From assembly GCF_009914755.1 (NCBI RefSeq), contig NC_060938.1: a stretch of DNA of 64,000 nucleotides. One strand, given 5' to 3'. Position numbers and translations under genes: made by a program. Position 1 is the stretch's first letter; every line of letters starts with the position of its first letter. Positions 41,272-58,074 of the stretch are shown piece by piece. The notes beneath the pieces were generated by a model, which worked only from the letters and a program-made list of their open reading frames with translations, ran no database searches and had not been told where the DNA came from. This stretch comes from the human T2T-CHM13v2.0 reference genome, Homo sapiens.

Positions 41272-42452
41272 AAAAAAAAATACCTCTTAATTCTACTTCC
41301 AAGTTATTCACTGTTATACTAATTCCTAAGAACCAGCTATCAACTAATTTAAGAATTCTAAATTAATTATTTCAAGTTAATGTTAATTCAACCCCACACA
41401 CCAAGCTTAAAAGATTTGGGAGCATAAAACTAACGGATACTAATCAATAAGATCTTAATTTTAATAGTAAATTTGAGAGAAAAAAATTAAATCTTGGACC
41501 TTCAGTTTCATCTTAAGATAGTGTGGCTTTGAACTAGCTAATATTCAAATTCTCTTTCAACTCTAAATATTGATTCCACAGTATTATTTCTAAGTAATAG
41601 TAACTGAGCATAACTTTATAAATAACACTTTGATTAGAATTAGAGGAGGTATAAAAGCATAAGATGGTATTCCTTCCAATACAAATTTATAATATACAGG
41701 TAAATCAAAATATACATCTAAAATAATTAGTAAAATAACATTATTAAAATATATTTCTGATAAAATCATTACATATATAAGCAGCAAAAGTAATTAGGGG
41801 TTGTCAGCTCAAAGACTCAGAAAAAGCATTTGACAAAGATCTCACATCCGTTCATGGAAAAAACTTAATAAACTAGGAATATGAGGGAATTTTCTCAAAT
41901 TGATGAAAAACAACCATGAGAAAACCCAGAGCTAACATTATACATAAATGTTAAAGACTGAATGCTTGCATTCTCACAACTTCTTTTCAACAATGCATTG
42001 GAGATCTTAGCCATGGAATAAGGTAAAACACACAAATAAAAAATTAAGGTGTACCAATTAGAAAATAAGTAAAATTATTATTTTTGGATGACTTGACTTT
42101 GTATATTGAAAATCAAAAGAAATTCCCCCAAATCAACTAGAAGTAACAAGCAAATCTGGCAAGGTTGTTTGATACAAGATCAATATTAAAAAATCAGTTG
42201 TATTTTTATATATTACAACAACTAGTACATAAATGAAAATAAAACAATTCCATTCATAATAATATGACAAAGAATAAACTATATAGGGACAAGTTCAATA
42301 AAAGAAGTAGTTTTAGGACAGGTACACTAAAAACTGCATAACATTGCTGAGAAAAATTAAAGGTCTAAATAAATAAAAAGTCTTTACATGTTTATGGATT
42401 GGAAGACTCTAAATGTCAAGATGGCAATTCTCCCAAAATTGATCTATAATAC

Positions 42453-44346
<1,894 letters not shown>

Positions 44347-44851
44347 GTTTAGGACACAAGCACGTTAGCCTAGTCTACACAGGGTTAGGATCATGAATAT
44401 CACTGTCTTCCACTCCACATCTTGTCCCACTATAAGGTGTTTAGGGGCAATAACAGACATGGGACTTTCATATCATGTGACAACAAGGCCTTCTTTTGGA
44501 TACCTCCTGAAGGAGCTGCCTGAGACTGTTTTACAGTTTTTTAAAAAATAAGTACATGAAGTACACTTTAAAATAATGATAAAAGTATAGTATAGTAAAC
44601 AGATAAACCAGTAGCATAGTTGTTTATTTTCATTATCAAGTACTATGTACTGTACATAACTGTATGTGTTATACAGTAGGTTTGTTTACACCAGCATCAC
44701 CACAAACACATAGCACAAACGTGCTATGATATTAAGATGGCTATGACATCGCTAGGCAATATAGATTTTTCAGCTCTACTATAAATTTGTGGAAACACCA
44801 TCATGTATGTGGTTTGTCCTTGACCAAGACATCATTATGCTGTACATGACT
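44347..44851. mobile_element. Tigger3b (MER7B) terminal ~500 bp with one TIR
   Basis: ttagcctagtctacacagggttaggatcat...; terminus cattatgctgtacatgactg plus TA. Confidence 0.8.
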
Positions 44852-46004
44852 GTAAATAAATTCTACTACTGTTCTAAACAAACAAAGAAACAAAAATATA
44901 GTGAAACCTCTATCAAAATCTCAGCAAAGTATTTTGTAGAAATTGGTATACTGTTCGTAACATTTGTATTAATATTCAAAGGATTTAGACTAGCAAGAGC
45001 ACTTTCTTCAGAGAAGAAATTTGGTGGACAATCAAGCATTCTAAAGTGAGCAAAGTATTTCAGTAGGCATTTCATCAGAAAAGATATATAAATGACTGCT
45101 AAGCCTAAGTGTAAAGATACTTACCATTAGAGGAATAAAAATGTAAAACTCTACAAAACACGACTATACATGCGTTGGATGATTATAATTTAAAAAGGGA
45201 GATAATACCAAGTGTTGGCAAGTTCATGTTGAAACTAGAACTCTCAAACATTGCTCAGGGATGTAAAAGGATGTAGCCACTTTAAAAACAATTTTGCAGG
45301 TTTTTATAAAGTTAAATAAACATACAAATAAGTAGTTTGACTTTTAAGAAGATACCCAAAAGAAATGAAAACACATTCTCTCACAAAGTTGTGAATGTGA
45401 ATGTTCATAGGAGCATTATTCTTAATATCCAAATGTCCACAACTAATAAAAGATACAGAAAATATTATATATCTCTGCAATGGAACACTGTTCAGCAATA
45501 AAGAGATGCTGTACTCATTTATGCTACAACATGAATTAATTTCAGAAATATTATACTAAATAAAAGAAGCCAAGTGCAAAGAAGTGCATGTTGCACTCTT
45601 CCATTTACATGAAATATCTAGAAACAGCAAATATGTACACAGAAAGCTGATCAGTGGTTGCCTAGAGCTGCAAGTGAGTGTAGAATATTGCAAATGAATT
45701 TGGAGAACCTTCTGGGGATAATGGAAATGTTCTTAAACTAGAATGTGGTGTGGTTCCCCAACTCTATTCATTAACTAAAAATTATTGATTTGTATACTTT
45801 TAACAAGTGAATTTTATGGTATATATGTATTATATCTTAATAAAGTTGTTGAAGAAATCAGTTATAAAATAATGCAGGATGGCAAGAAGTCGTTGGGTGG
45901 GTATAGGTAAAACTAGCTGGTGATTCATTGATAATTGTTAAAGCTGAAAATGAATGTGTGGGATCTTATTTCAGTCTTTTTCTGCGTTTGTACTTCCTTT
46001 AAAT

Positions 46005-46288
46005 TTTCTTTGTGTTTGTTTATTTGAGACAGGGTCTGGATCTCACTCCGTTGCCCATTCTAGAGTGCAGCGGCATGATCACAACTCACTTGCAGCCTCT
46101 ACTCCCGGGTCAAGCAGATCCTCCCACCTTAGCTTCCTGATTACCTAGGACTACAGGCATGTGCCACCAGCTAATTCTTTTTATTTTTTGTAGAGATAGG
46201 GTCTCCCAATGTTGCCCAGGCTGATCTTGAATTCCTGTGCTCAAGTGATCCTCCCTCCTTGGCCTCCCAAAGTGCTGAGATAACAGGC
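46005..46288 (-). mobile_element. AluJ (Jo/Jr), slightly 5'-truncated, within an L1ME tail
   Basis: gagacagggtct, gcagcctc, gatcctcccacc, tgtagagatagggtctc; flanking c(c/t)tttaaatttt on both sides. Confidence 0.88.
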
Positions 46289-46699
46289 TTTCTTTTAAAT
46301 TTTCAAAAATAAATAATTAAATTTTAAAATTAAGTCTTGTTGTCCACTCTACATAGGGGAACTAAGTAAAGAGAAGGTTTCAATGTTGTATCTAAGAGTT
46401 TTAAAACACAGAAAGTATCTTCCTTAGTGTTCTCTTGGAAGTGTCTGCCTCTATGTGAGAACTAACCTGTCAAGTGTTCCCAAGCTGCTCAGTTTGTGGA
46501 GCAAGAGGGTCAGTGGAAACACACAGGAGTTGAAGACTTCTTGAGCAGAGGGAAGACATGAAGCTGAGTTGTAGCCAAACCTCTGGTGGCAAGCACAGAG
46601 GGCAAAATCATTGTATGTCAGCCTTAAAGAAAATATCACTTTGCCATGTAGCAAGTGATAGGCCTCTAAAAAATATGTGCCATTTTCCTTATCTTTATA

Positions 46700-47315
46700 T
46701 TCAACTTAAAACACTTCAAAGAAAATGGGTTTCTCATATCCCTCAGGATAAACATCAAATTCTTTTAAGTTTTCCCAGCAACTACCCACCACATCAGCCT
46801 CATTTCTAACACTGTGTCCCATGAACTTAAATGCTCCAGATTTCCCAAACTTTTTTTTTTTCTGAGCACTAAACTACCCTTCAGCATTCTCTCATCACTT
46901 ATCTTTACACTTATGGTGTCCTTTGCTTAGAAAACGTTTTTCTAAACGTGTCTCTGCTGGGCTATACCCTAGCAATCTGCCAGTTCAGGGATTACACATC
47001 ACTATATCAGGAAAGCATTCACTAATTCCTTGAATTCAGCTACTACTTCTGTGCTCTCTCTTAGGACCCTGACCTTCCTCTCACAGTAAATTATTGTAAT
47101 TGTCTGTCTTCCCAATGCTGTAAATTCAGGAAAGTATCTTCAGTGGCTTGCAATGTGCTTAGCAATCAGCAGGCATTTAGCAAAAGTTGTGTTCAGGATT
47201 AAATTAAATAACGTATATATTCACCTCCTCAAAAACTTTATATAAAATTTATGTGTAGCATATAGTGGGTGTAAAATAAACACCTGTTCAGTGAATGAAT
47301 GGATGAATGAATGAG
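46700..47315 (+). mobile_element. L2 remnants ending in (GAAT)n
   Basis: ctcaggataaacatcaaattc...tcaggaaagcattc...gtgaatgaatggatgaatgaatga. Confidence 0.55.
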
Positions 47316-49149
47316 TCTGTCTTTCATTAAATACAGTTGATCAAACAATCCAAGGTATGAGTTCAAAGAAAATCAACCTTTAAAATATAACTGTACTGAC
47401 TAACTATACAGTAAATTTTCTGTAAGGCTCAATGTAAATATAAATAAAATAGAATTCCTTTGTTTTATTATGTTTTATTCAATCTTCTTTAAATAGAAGA
47501 AAATATAAAATATTCCTTTAAAAATCTTACGCAATTTAAATAGTATATATTGTGTTCTTCATGGGGAAAGCAACCTTGATGTCTCAGTTATAATAGTTTC
47601 AAGTATCCTTGGGCAGTTATTTTTAGTGTCGGGTTTTGTTTAAACAGAAACTGCAGAGAAATATCTTCGAATATAAAAATTTCTAATATTTAAATAAATA
47701 CACAAACATTCATGACTTTATTCTGGAATGGTGCTGGAAGGAATAATGCAGCAAAATCATGACAAAAATATCTATAGCTTTTTCATTTGATTGGTCTCAG
47801 ATTATTGTGAGCTATATTATGATAAAATAAAGCTATAATTTTATAACTGTTACTTAATAAATGTATAGAAGTATAGTACACAAATTGAAGGCCTCTGCCT
47901 GTGGTGTTCTAGAATAAATTAACAAACCGCAGAACATTGAAGAATTTCTTTTTATCAAATGAAATAAAATGAATAAATTGTGTTCATTGTTTGACTTTGT
48001 GTTATGTAAATGTTAACTTAAAGCAGCATATTTTCTTTTGGCTATTTATCTTCTACGTTGAAGTAGCAGAATCCCATGCAAAGAGACTTCTTTGAAAGAT
48101 TTATAGCTTAAGGCATGTAATAAGGCCATGCTGTGTTTATCTCATTCCCTCTAGAATCACTATGCTATTTCTGCTGAGTAGTGATACAGATTGAAGTATT
48201 TTAAGATTCTACAGGGGATGTCCTGATGTGATTATGAAGCATTGACTGTTCGTTCCTTCTTTCTCTTCCCACTTGATGCTATACAAATTCATATGCCTAG
48301 TTTCACTGGTTAAAAACAGTCAGTTGACTTCTCTAACCCGGACTCCTATTGAAAGCCCAGGTTTGCTGTTCTGAGTAATAGTGAAACTTACCACTTTCAA
48401 TTTCAAGGTCTGCATAATGTCTCTCATTCCCCCAAACATAAAACCCTATTCAGAACTTTTAAAGGGTGAAAGTTTCCACTTCCAGTACCTAAGCAGAAAC
48501 CATGAAAGAGGGGATAAAGAAGGGGGTCCTCAACAAGCCAGCTGTGCAAATTAACGGAAGGATTATGGTCACAATAGCCAAATACCCACCCCACATAGTA
48601 TTTTAACTAGGACGGTTTTTAAATGAAGCTTATTTTCATCAAAGTAATCCATAAATATGTAATATAAAAATCACAAGTCTTACAGAAATACACAGGCGCC
48701 TTCCCCCACCAACCTCTACAGTTTGTCCCCATAAAGCCACCTCCTTTTAACTCTTTAAACTCTTTTTTCCTCAAATATTTAACTTCAGATTTCTCATGAT
48801 TTTTATGCTGCTATTTTTTCAAGTTATCAATTTTGAGTATTTACCTATTTATCCTGTGAAAGATAAAGATTTAGAACTCTAAGCAAAGTCATATGTATGC
48901 TGCACTTTTTCTTGCACCATCTCCTGAAGTTATATCAAAAATCAAGTCAATATTTAATTTAAAATAACTATGAATGTGTAACTAGAATTTAAGTAGTGCA
49001 CTACAATTACATTTATTTCCTTGTAAAATCATTTTTCCCTAGAGTCAATAGTTTGTCATCATTCTTTCATTGACTTAATTTTCTATATATGTAATGCTAT
49101 TTTTTCCCAAATTGGCAGTAAAAAATTTAAAATTTTGTAGAGGACACTA

Positions 49150-50125
49150 AAGATAGAATACACCAAAACTCTTTTAAGTCCTCTCCTCCTACGCTTTCTT
49201 TAATTTAGAGTCTAGAAAACAAATTCTCATCTTCACAGAATACATTGTAATATGACCCAGTCCTTGGCAGTGACGTGTAGGTGGAACTTACTGGGTAGAC
49301 CTTCCAAGAATTTTCTGTAAAATGTGAGATTTGATTTTTGTACTTCTTTGACCTTCTGCTTTCTTACCTTCCTGTCTAAAGCAAACGTTTTTTTTTTTTT
49401 TTTTTTTTTTTTTGTCTTCCTGCTTAAAGCAGTGAATTAGATGCCTGACTGTGTTTGTAACCATGAGACAATAAGGAGATCAATATTTATACTCTTGGGA
49501 TGTCAGGTGTTATGGGTTGAGTTGTACCCTTCCCCACCCCACCCCCAAATTCATATGTTCACTCCTAACTGCCAGTACCAGAACGTGAACTTATTTGGAG
49601 ACAGGCTCATCGTAGATAAAATTAGTTAAAGGTGGGCGTCTAATCCCATATGACTGGTGTTCTTATAAAAAGTTGAAATTTGGACATAGATCCCCACATA
49701 GAGAGAAAACACCATGTGAAGATGAAGGCAGAGATCAGAGTAATACAGCAGAAGCCAAGGATTGACAAAGATTGCCAGCAAACCACCAGAAGCTAGTAGA
49801 GGGGCATGGAACATATTCTCCCTCACAGCCCTCAGAAAGACCCAGTGTTGATCTTGGACTTCTACCCTCTAGAACTGAGACCAAAAAATGTCTGTTTTTA
49901 AGTCACCCAGTTTGTGGTACTTTGTTATGGTAGCCCTTGCAAACTAAAACATCAGGGCATAATGCTGGAAGAAGCATGAGTCTCTGATGATACTGAGACC
50001 TAGAGTGTCTAGCTCCTATCCAGTACTGTTGTGTGAGACATGAGACGTATAATCCTTTATTACTTAAAGCTGCTGTTTGCTGGGTTTTTTAAAATTATGT
50101 AAACCTGCCACTTCTTAACTGATAC
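49150..50125 (+). mobile_element. Old MLT1 (H/I/J-like) LTR interrupted by MLT1B/C
   Basis: atatgacccagtcctt...taaccatgag...ctggaagaagcatgagtctctgatga...taactgataca. Confidence 0.55.
49508..49951 (+). mobile_element. MLT1B/C solo LTR with a perfect 5-bp TSD tcagg
   Basis: tgttatgggttgagttgt...ccatgtgaagatgaaggcagagatc...tttgtggtactttgttatggtagcc...aactaaaaca; tcagg at 49503-49507 and 49952-49956. Confidence 0.9.
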
Positions 50126-50159
50126 AACTGCTTTCAATACTATCTTCAATCTGTAAAAT

Positions 50160-52010
50160 GCATCAGATAATCTATCACCAACACTTTTCTCCACAACAGC
50201 TACCTCTTGAAACTCTCCATTCTGTCAATCCATTTTAGCCACGTTGCTTGCTTCTCATGTTGAAATCTTCCATATGGGAATGCTCCTTTATCTTTATTCT
50301 TGGAATTCCTTCTATTCTGTTGTGTGCTTGATCCCATGTTTCTTACAGTCCAGATTTCTTTTCTCAAAATTAAGCTCCTCATCTAAGAGCTCCCTGAGAA
50401 ACAGTACAAGGGAGAGAGGAATTTCCTGAAAATTTACACATTAGAAAATATATTTATTCTGTCATTGCCATGTTTGATAATTTGGTTGCACAAAGAATTC
50501 TATATAGGTTAATATTTTCCATAGATTAATTATAATATTTTTCTCAGAATTTTGAAGGTGTCATTACAGTGACCTTCAGAGAGTTCCTTTGAGAAGCTCA
50601 GTATTCTAATTCCTCTGCCTCTGTGTCTCTCTTTTAGACACAGGTACACAGAGACACACACACACACACAACACATACACATACACAAACAAGTTTAAAT
50701 GTCCTTGGCTATCCGATATTTCACAGTTGTGCTCTTTCTTTAGTTTTTTAAATGATTTTTCTGAATGATACATACACCTTTCTACCTGGATTCTGAGAAA
50801 CATTCTTCTGTTTTTATTTGTACATTATACCCCCATTCATTTTCTTTGTTTTCCATTTCTGAGAACACTATCATCGGATAGTTGGCCTCCTAGACTTGGG
50901 CTCTAATTATCTTTTTGTTCAATTCAGTATTCAATCTCTTTTTTTTTTTGGCTATACTTTGTGGAAAATTTCATCAACTTCTTGTCTCACCTTTCTGTAA
51001 TCCCTTTTTCTTCTGACTTACATATTTAACTTTCAAAGGCTATTTTCTATGCTCTAAATGTTCTTTTTCTCATAGTATTCATTATTTTATCTCCCTAAGC
51101 ACACTAATGACAGCCTTTTGAGATTTTTGCCTGTTTCTCGCATTGTTTTTTGTCCCTTCTAATTTCCTTTGTTTTTTTATGTTGGGTGTTCTCTTTTAAG
51201 TATCTGATGATACTTAACATTTGCATTTCAAGTGAGACTCTGAAAAGATTATTGATATAGATATGTATGTGAGAGAGCTCATGGTAGCTTGCTACCATGT
51301 ATTTCATTGCCTTGTATTTCATTAAGACATTGCAAAGTTACGCTATTTGCACATCTTTTCCCCACCAAGGGCCTTTCAGTTTTTCTAGAGATGAGTCCTA
51401 TAGTCTCTTATCTGAAGATTTGCATCTTTAACTATTAGATTACTATGGACTGGGCCAGGGACAGCGCTGCAGGAAGGGTATCAACATTCAGTATGCTGCC
51501 TTTCACTTACACATCATTTGCAGCAAAGTTCCTCAACATCTTATGTTGCTGAGTCTCACATTCAGTTTCTCCTGAAGAAATGGGATATTGGTGATTTCGG
51601 CCAACAAAGAGTTGCAAAGGGAAACTAGAGGTCTGTTCCTTGTAATGTTTTAAACCATCATGCCAGTTTTCAGCCCCTACTCTCACCCCTACCTACTTTG
51701 GCTCCTCCTGCAATGATTTCCTTCTTAGTTTCTGTAAGGCAGAGCAGCTGGCTTTTAATTGGCTTCTCCTCTACAGGCACTTGCTTTCATTCCTTGTTCT
51801 GCTGTGTCAATTATTTAATTATTACATTCATGCTCCTCTTTTCATCTTCCAAAAAAATATGTTGACCTCTCTTGTTCTTGTCCACTATTCTTTTCTTTCT
51901 GTATTAGATCAAAATGTTTTTATTATTCCATTGCTGTTTCTGTGATGAATTTTAGAGAGAACAGAGGGATGTCCATGGATTAAATCTATCATGATTGAAT
52001 GAAAATTTGA
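50160..52010 (-). mobile_element. Ancient L1ME/L1M5 ORF1 and 5' remnant with a CA tract (~50650-50690)
   Basis: ttttctcagaattttgaagg...gagaag...attctaattcct...tttctttgttttcc...gttggcctcctagact antisense ORF1 motifs. Confidence 0.5.
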
Positions 52011-54849
52011 ATAGTATTTTAAAAAAAATCTTCTCATTGAAAAACAAGCTATAGATTCTGCCAGGAAAGTATAGCTATAGATGGGAGGAAATGAAAGTCA
52101 CTCCTCAGAACCATTTAATCTTAATTAACAGATTACTATAACAGATGACTGCTAGTGAGACCAATAATAGAAACTCAAGAAACATGTACTACAGCTTGTA
52201 AGAGGAATCGTAGCATTCATATTATCACAAAGAAGTTAATTTTTTCAGTGTTAAATGAAAAAATATTGCAGCACTTTATTAACGTTCCAATACCTGAAAA
52301 TGCAATAAAGTGTCAGATATTGTGAACCAGTATCCTGGGCACCAATAGCAATCCTCATGTAGATTTTACATGTTTTGCATATACCCTTTTTTTTTAAATA
52401 GTGAGCCAACATTTGAAAATAATAATATTTCAAATAAATAAACTGCTTTCCCTTTTACAATACTGAATATCTGGTAACCTTCCTGGTTACCAGATGAAAC
52501 TGAAAATCAGCTGATGCTTCAGTAGGGGCAAAGGTTCTGTTATTTGTTCTTTCCCAACAACTCATGTCTTAATTCGAATACATTGAAATAGAGCCACCAC
52601 ACAGCCAAGGTAAATGAGCATCTAAGAAACAATGTCTTGGCTCACAGGACCATCATAGAAAATAATGCTCCAGTCAGGAATGACAGCGGATAGGCAATAA
52701 ACTTTTAACTGAATATTGCCTATAGATCAGCTAATCTTTAAACTTCAAATTGCTGAGTTAAATAAAAGTACCAAAATCGTGTTTTCTTTCAGTTGGCAGA
52801 AAGGGGGACCCCAGAGCAAAGGGAAATTCAGTTACAGACAAATTAAGAAAGCTACACCTGCTCTCCTCAGATTTGGATTGTAAATTTCATACTCATCATA
52901 ATTATAATGATATTATCCTTATATTTGCCTCACTTATGAAACTGTATTGAGGTAACACTGTTTATTGCAGTCTTTTTTTTAATATATAGTTTGCCCATGT
53001 AGACGAATTCTGAAACCCTGTTTGACAAAGGTCATCTGGTCAGCAGGACTTTAGTATCTAACGATACTTTTCTCCATATGAGAGAACATATTTTAAGACA
53101 AAGGGTAGTGTTTTAGGAGTCTTGTAATACAGGCCCTACTAGGTTACAAGTAGATTAGGCAAGTTACTTTGGGTGATTTGATGCCTATCTATTCCCATGC
53201 TCAGAATAGATTTTATAGTGACTGTTTAAACTTCATGACTTTTATAAATGGTGATAAAAATGAGTGATAATTAAGATAGAGTCACTTTAAAATGTAAAGT
53301 TAACATATAATACAAGGTATTATTACATAAATAATGATTGCTATTTTCAAGGAACCCTAGACAATTCTCAACAAGTCTAACTATATAAATTAATTATTTC
53401 AAGGTTTTTGTCAATGAAAAGTGAGGCTATTTGAAATTGGAATACAAGACACAACTAGTGTTTATTTTCTTATTACATTGAATTGGTTCATATATAGATA
53501 AAGATATTGATATATATTTGTATGTAAATTAGCTAACTCAATATTCCATTCTAGCATATAGAAATTCCCTTAGCTGATAACTTAAAAATTACATTTACTC
53601 AATTTTCTTTTGCAATTACCATCCTTATCCAGCAAATACGTATATCTATAAGAGATGTTGATGCAAGCAGACTGAGTCAGATGGAAAAATAGGTGAGTTA
53701 TATGGAATGTAGTTTCTAAATAAGGTGATAATGTTCTAAAGCAAGAATCTGTAGCAATAACTTCCTTTTCAACAGGTAGCTTCCAATTCAACAGCTTTTG
53801 AAACCTCCCCAATTGTAGCAAAAGCAAAATGGCTTAGAGAGTTCTAAGTTTTTTACTTCATGCCTTTAAATGATGGCATAAGCACCTTATTTTCTATACT
53901 GCATAATTTTTTGTTAACACTAGCTAGAGTGGATTTGTTGACATCTTCTGAAAAGTGAGCAATTCAGAGATAATATGTATTTTGATACCTACGTGTCATT
54001 GAATGACTTTTCGTCATAAAACATTTTATTCCAAATTTCTCTGATAGAAAGTGACTTGTGGGTTTATATAAAGGCACAATAGAATGACATTTGCTATCTG
54101 ATAGACAAACTGAAATGAAACATTTAGCAGAGGATTGCAGACCCTCCAGAAAAATTTAACTACATTTGATGGCTATTCTTTCCGTTTTTTTTCCTTATGA
54201 AGATGTAGCCAAAGAGTGAGAAGTTATTATTTTATCAAATACAATATGTGCTTGTTTTCCTTAGAGTTTTACAACTAAGTATGTGTGGCATATTGTGAAA
54301 GAGAGCATTTAATTTCACCTTTAAATATCTAAGATTAATATTGAATTTGCATAATCCGAATACAACCAAGAATTCATGGTCCTGATCACAGGTTGATAAA
54401 AGATATAAATGAGACTGCTTTCATTTAAAAATACAATAATTTTGTTGGGAAACAAAAAACAAGATGTGTAACAACTCTCTTCACTTCTATTAAATAAAAT
54501 CAAAGAAAAAAGATTAAAGAAAGTTTCATAAAATATTTGAGTAATATATGAGTATGTGAAATTACTTTGTCAATTTAATGTGAAACATTGGATAACTGCA
54601 TCTAATTAGCAAAAAAAGAGGCTAGTATGTTCTATACCTTATTATAAATTTGTTGTTACAGTTTGTAAGTATTATTGACTTTATTAATAAGGTAAATAGA
54701 TTCTAAGGTCATATCCATGATCTTCACTTTCTGATGTTTGCACCCTAATTTGCTCCCTCCCAGTGCAGTCTGGAAGTCTGCAAATAACTGAATGCTGTAA
54801 AAAAAACATATTAGTAAAATAACAAACCCTTTCCCATTAAGCATCAAAG

Positions 54850-55012
54850 GAGATCTTAGCCCAGGAAAAACCTTTATTTCAGCCTTGTGTATGACCCAGC
54901 TAAGCAGCGTCTAGACTCCTAACCCATAGAAACTGTGAAGTAATAAATATGCATTGTTTTAAGTCATGAAGTTTATGATAATATTGTTACTTAGCAACAG
55001 ATAACTAATGCA
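54850..55012 (+). mobile_element. MLT1 LTR 3' fragment
   Basis: gactcctaacccatagaaactgtga...taataaatatgcattgttttaag...agcaacagataactaatgca. Confidence 0.65.
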
Positions 55013-55439
55013 GCTAATTTTATGTAATCATAAATTTATTACACCCATAGAACTCAATATTCTTATGAATTCTTATTAGACAATAAAATACACATGTGGT
55101 ATAAATAAATCACATAGGTAATGAATAAAATTAGTTTATAATCTATAACACTCAAAAATATATGTTGTAAACAACTACTTGTAACCAATCCAAAGTTATA
55201 TTCAAAAACAAATAATTAGGAAGTTTTTCATCTGATAATAGGGATTTCTGAGATGCATTGTCCTACAGGCAGTCTCCTAAAGAGAAGTTCCATTTGGTCA
55301 ATAATGTTAAATAAACATATATTAAATACGCATTTACTATTGAATTGTTTGATTTCGGCATGTATAACATAGTAGAGTCTCAATTATTGTGAGAGTTTCT
55401 CAAATTACAATGACATGGCATAGTTTTCTCATTTAAAGG

Positions 55440-56095
55440 CTTTAATTTACACTAAAATTATTATAAAAATGTTAGCTATATACCAAAGGGAAAAAAATAG
55501 CATCATAAATGCTATGAACAAATCACTATCTTCAACAATTGTCAAGTAATGTTAATCTTTCTTCTTGTATACCTCCACCTATTTCCTCAGATTTCATATA
55601 ATTATACTGTAAATATCTCAATAAGTTGCTCTAAATCCTAAAAAGAGATTTCAATACATTTTGCTCAGCTACCAAAATTAATAATTTCATTAAATATGCT
55701 TCTGTTTTTCAAATTTCCAATTGTGTCACAAGTGTCATTTTTTTTACAGCTTGTTCACTTGGATCATGATCCATATAAAGTATTCAGAGTAAGTCTTTTA
55801 CTAATCTATTAATATAATTTCTCCCATCTCTCTCTTTTTTTCTGAAAAATATTGGTAGAAGAAATAGTTTTTTGCTCTGGCAAATTATTCACAGTTTAGG
55901 TTTTGTTTATTGCATTCCTCCAAGTGGTATTTAGTAGGCTTCTCTGCCTACTAAAATTTATTTTCTATAAATTGTTATTTATGGAAAATATAGATACTTC
56001 CACAAGATTACTTCATGGATAGTATAGATAGTTCAGCAAGATTACTTCATAGTTGGTGTCTGATGCATATGATGTCTGGTTGAATCTATTTTGTA
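55440..56095 (-). mobile_element. L1MC-type 3' remnant
   Basis: ttttcaaatttcc...gatcatgatccatataaag...ttattgcattcc...caagattacttcatagttggtg. Confidence 0.5.
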
Positions 56096-57199
56096 TTTCT
56101 TAAAGTGAAAAAATAATTTTTTTGAAAACTTTTTAACTTTTAGGAGTGGAAAGAAAATTTTTTACATTTTTAAAACATTTCTAAGAAAACTTGTAACTGC
56201 CACATTTTCAGAAGAATTGTCATTTCAGGACAGCACCGTGAGAAAAATAATAATTTACATGTATACAAACAAATTTCAGTTTTTAGATTCAAGCACATTA
56301 CAACCTGTAAATGTCTTTTCAAGTGAATAGAAATTAGGTAGTATTTATTTCAGAATACTGATATTATAAGTGAATCTACAGAATTTTACAAAGACTCACA
56401 AATGAAATAAGAGTTTCAGTGAAACTTGATTTTTAATACTAATTTTCATTAGCAGAATTCCAAAGGAATAAAAATGCATGCAAAAATGTGAATGGCCCTT
56501 CACGTTTTATTTATTATTACTTTTGATAACTCAAACTAGAAACACAGAAGGACATTAATTCAATATTGTTATAGAGTTTCTGAAATACTGGGCAAGTGGT
56601 ACAATCTTTTCAAAAGTATTTATTTTGTTTAAAATTATTACCTGAGCTTGCTAAGAGGATTGATGCATCAATGGAGCACACTGGATTTGCTAGTAGTATT
56701 CACTGTTGTTCAGTTTGAAAAGGGAAATTCATAAAAATTTCCCTCTTCAGCATGCTGTGAACATCCTGTGAACATACTTTAAGTAAAAAGTGGACTTCTA
56801 TTGAGAATTCTGAAATAGACTTTCACAGAAATAAAAAGTTTTCATTGAAAGAGGGGAAGCAATATTTGTTCTGTATTTGTATCTAAAAATATATTGAAAA
56901 GTTTGGAGATTTTATTGTAATTACCTTTGTTATAACATATTATCCACAAGCATGCATTTCTTTCATTTTCTCTTTAAGAATTTTAAAGAATTTAAAGAGC
57001 ATTACATTTTTTTCTAAAGGCAGAACTTTAAAAAACAACTAATAAACGTTGTCACTTAGATACTTGCACACCTGTTTACCACATAAACTCCATAGAGATG
57101 ACAAAGACCTGGACAGGTAGATTAACAGGCCAATTCACTCCTTGATAAACATATCCTATAATACTCCTTCTTTGAGTTTTGTTATAAAATTACTTTTAA

Positions 57200-57490
57200 T
57201 GAGTCATTTTGTGACCTTCCTACTTAATATAGTAACCCTACCTCAATTTCACTTTCCGTCAGAATTTCATATTCTTTTAACTCTGTTCTTTTTTTCTTGA
57301 GCACTTATTAACACAGAGGCTACAATATAATTTATTCATTTAAAATATTTAACTTGCCTCTCCTTCCACTAAAATATAAGCTCCTGTGAGCAAGAATTTT
57401 TAATTTTATTACTTTTTAGTTTTTATTTTCCCAGCACTAAGAACAGTGCCTGTTCATAGTAGCATTTAATAAACATAAATGAATAAATCC
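57200..57490 (+). mobile_element. L2 3' remnant
   Basis: cttccactaaaatataagctcctgtgag...cccagcactaagaacagtgcctg...ataaatgaat. Confidence 0.6.
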
Positions 57491-58074
57491 CACAGATGAA
57501 TGTTGGAACAAGTCATGGCAACTGAAGTTCTTATTTTCCATTTCATGATTCTCAGGCTATTGGTGACAGCTTTGGATGAAATTGATGCTACTGGAGAACA
57601 GAATCTACATTTTATAAAATCACTTGCATATAAATAACCAATACGTAAGTAATACTGGAATAGAGCCAATTCTTTATATCATGTTAAAATTATTGTTGGT
57701 ATGCATATCAGAAATTAAAACAATAGCTAGTGAATTAATTGCCCTGATGAAATTTTTGACTCTTTTTAAGCTATGTTTGCACAATGTAATAAAATAATTC
57801 TTACCATTATTTACCATATTTTCAAACCGATAAAATTAGAGCACACTTTAAAAACTCTTTATATTAAAATTTTTAACCAAAGCAAAATTTGAAGGATATT
57901 ACAATGAGCACCCACCCACTTTTCAACTAGATTCAAATATTGTTAAATTTTGCCATGTTTGCTTTATCAGCAGCCATTTATGCAAGACTTAGGGTATTTT
58001 ACTGAAAAATTATTGTAGAAACTGGCATATGGGTATTAGGTATGCTTACTGCTGTGACCAATTTCATGTATCAA

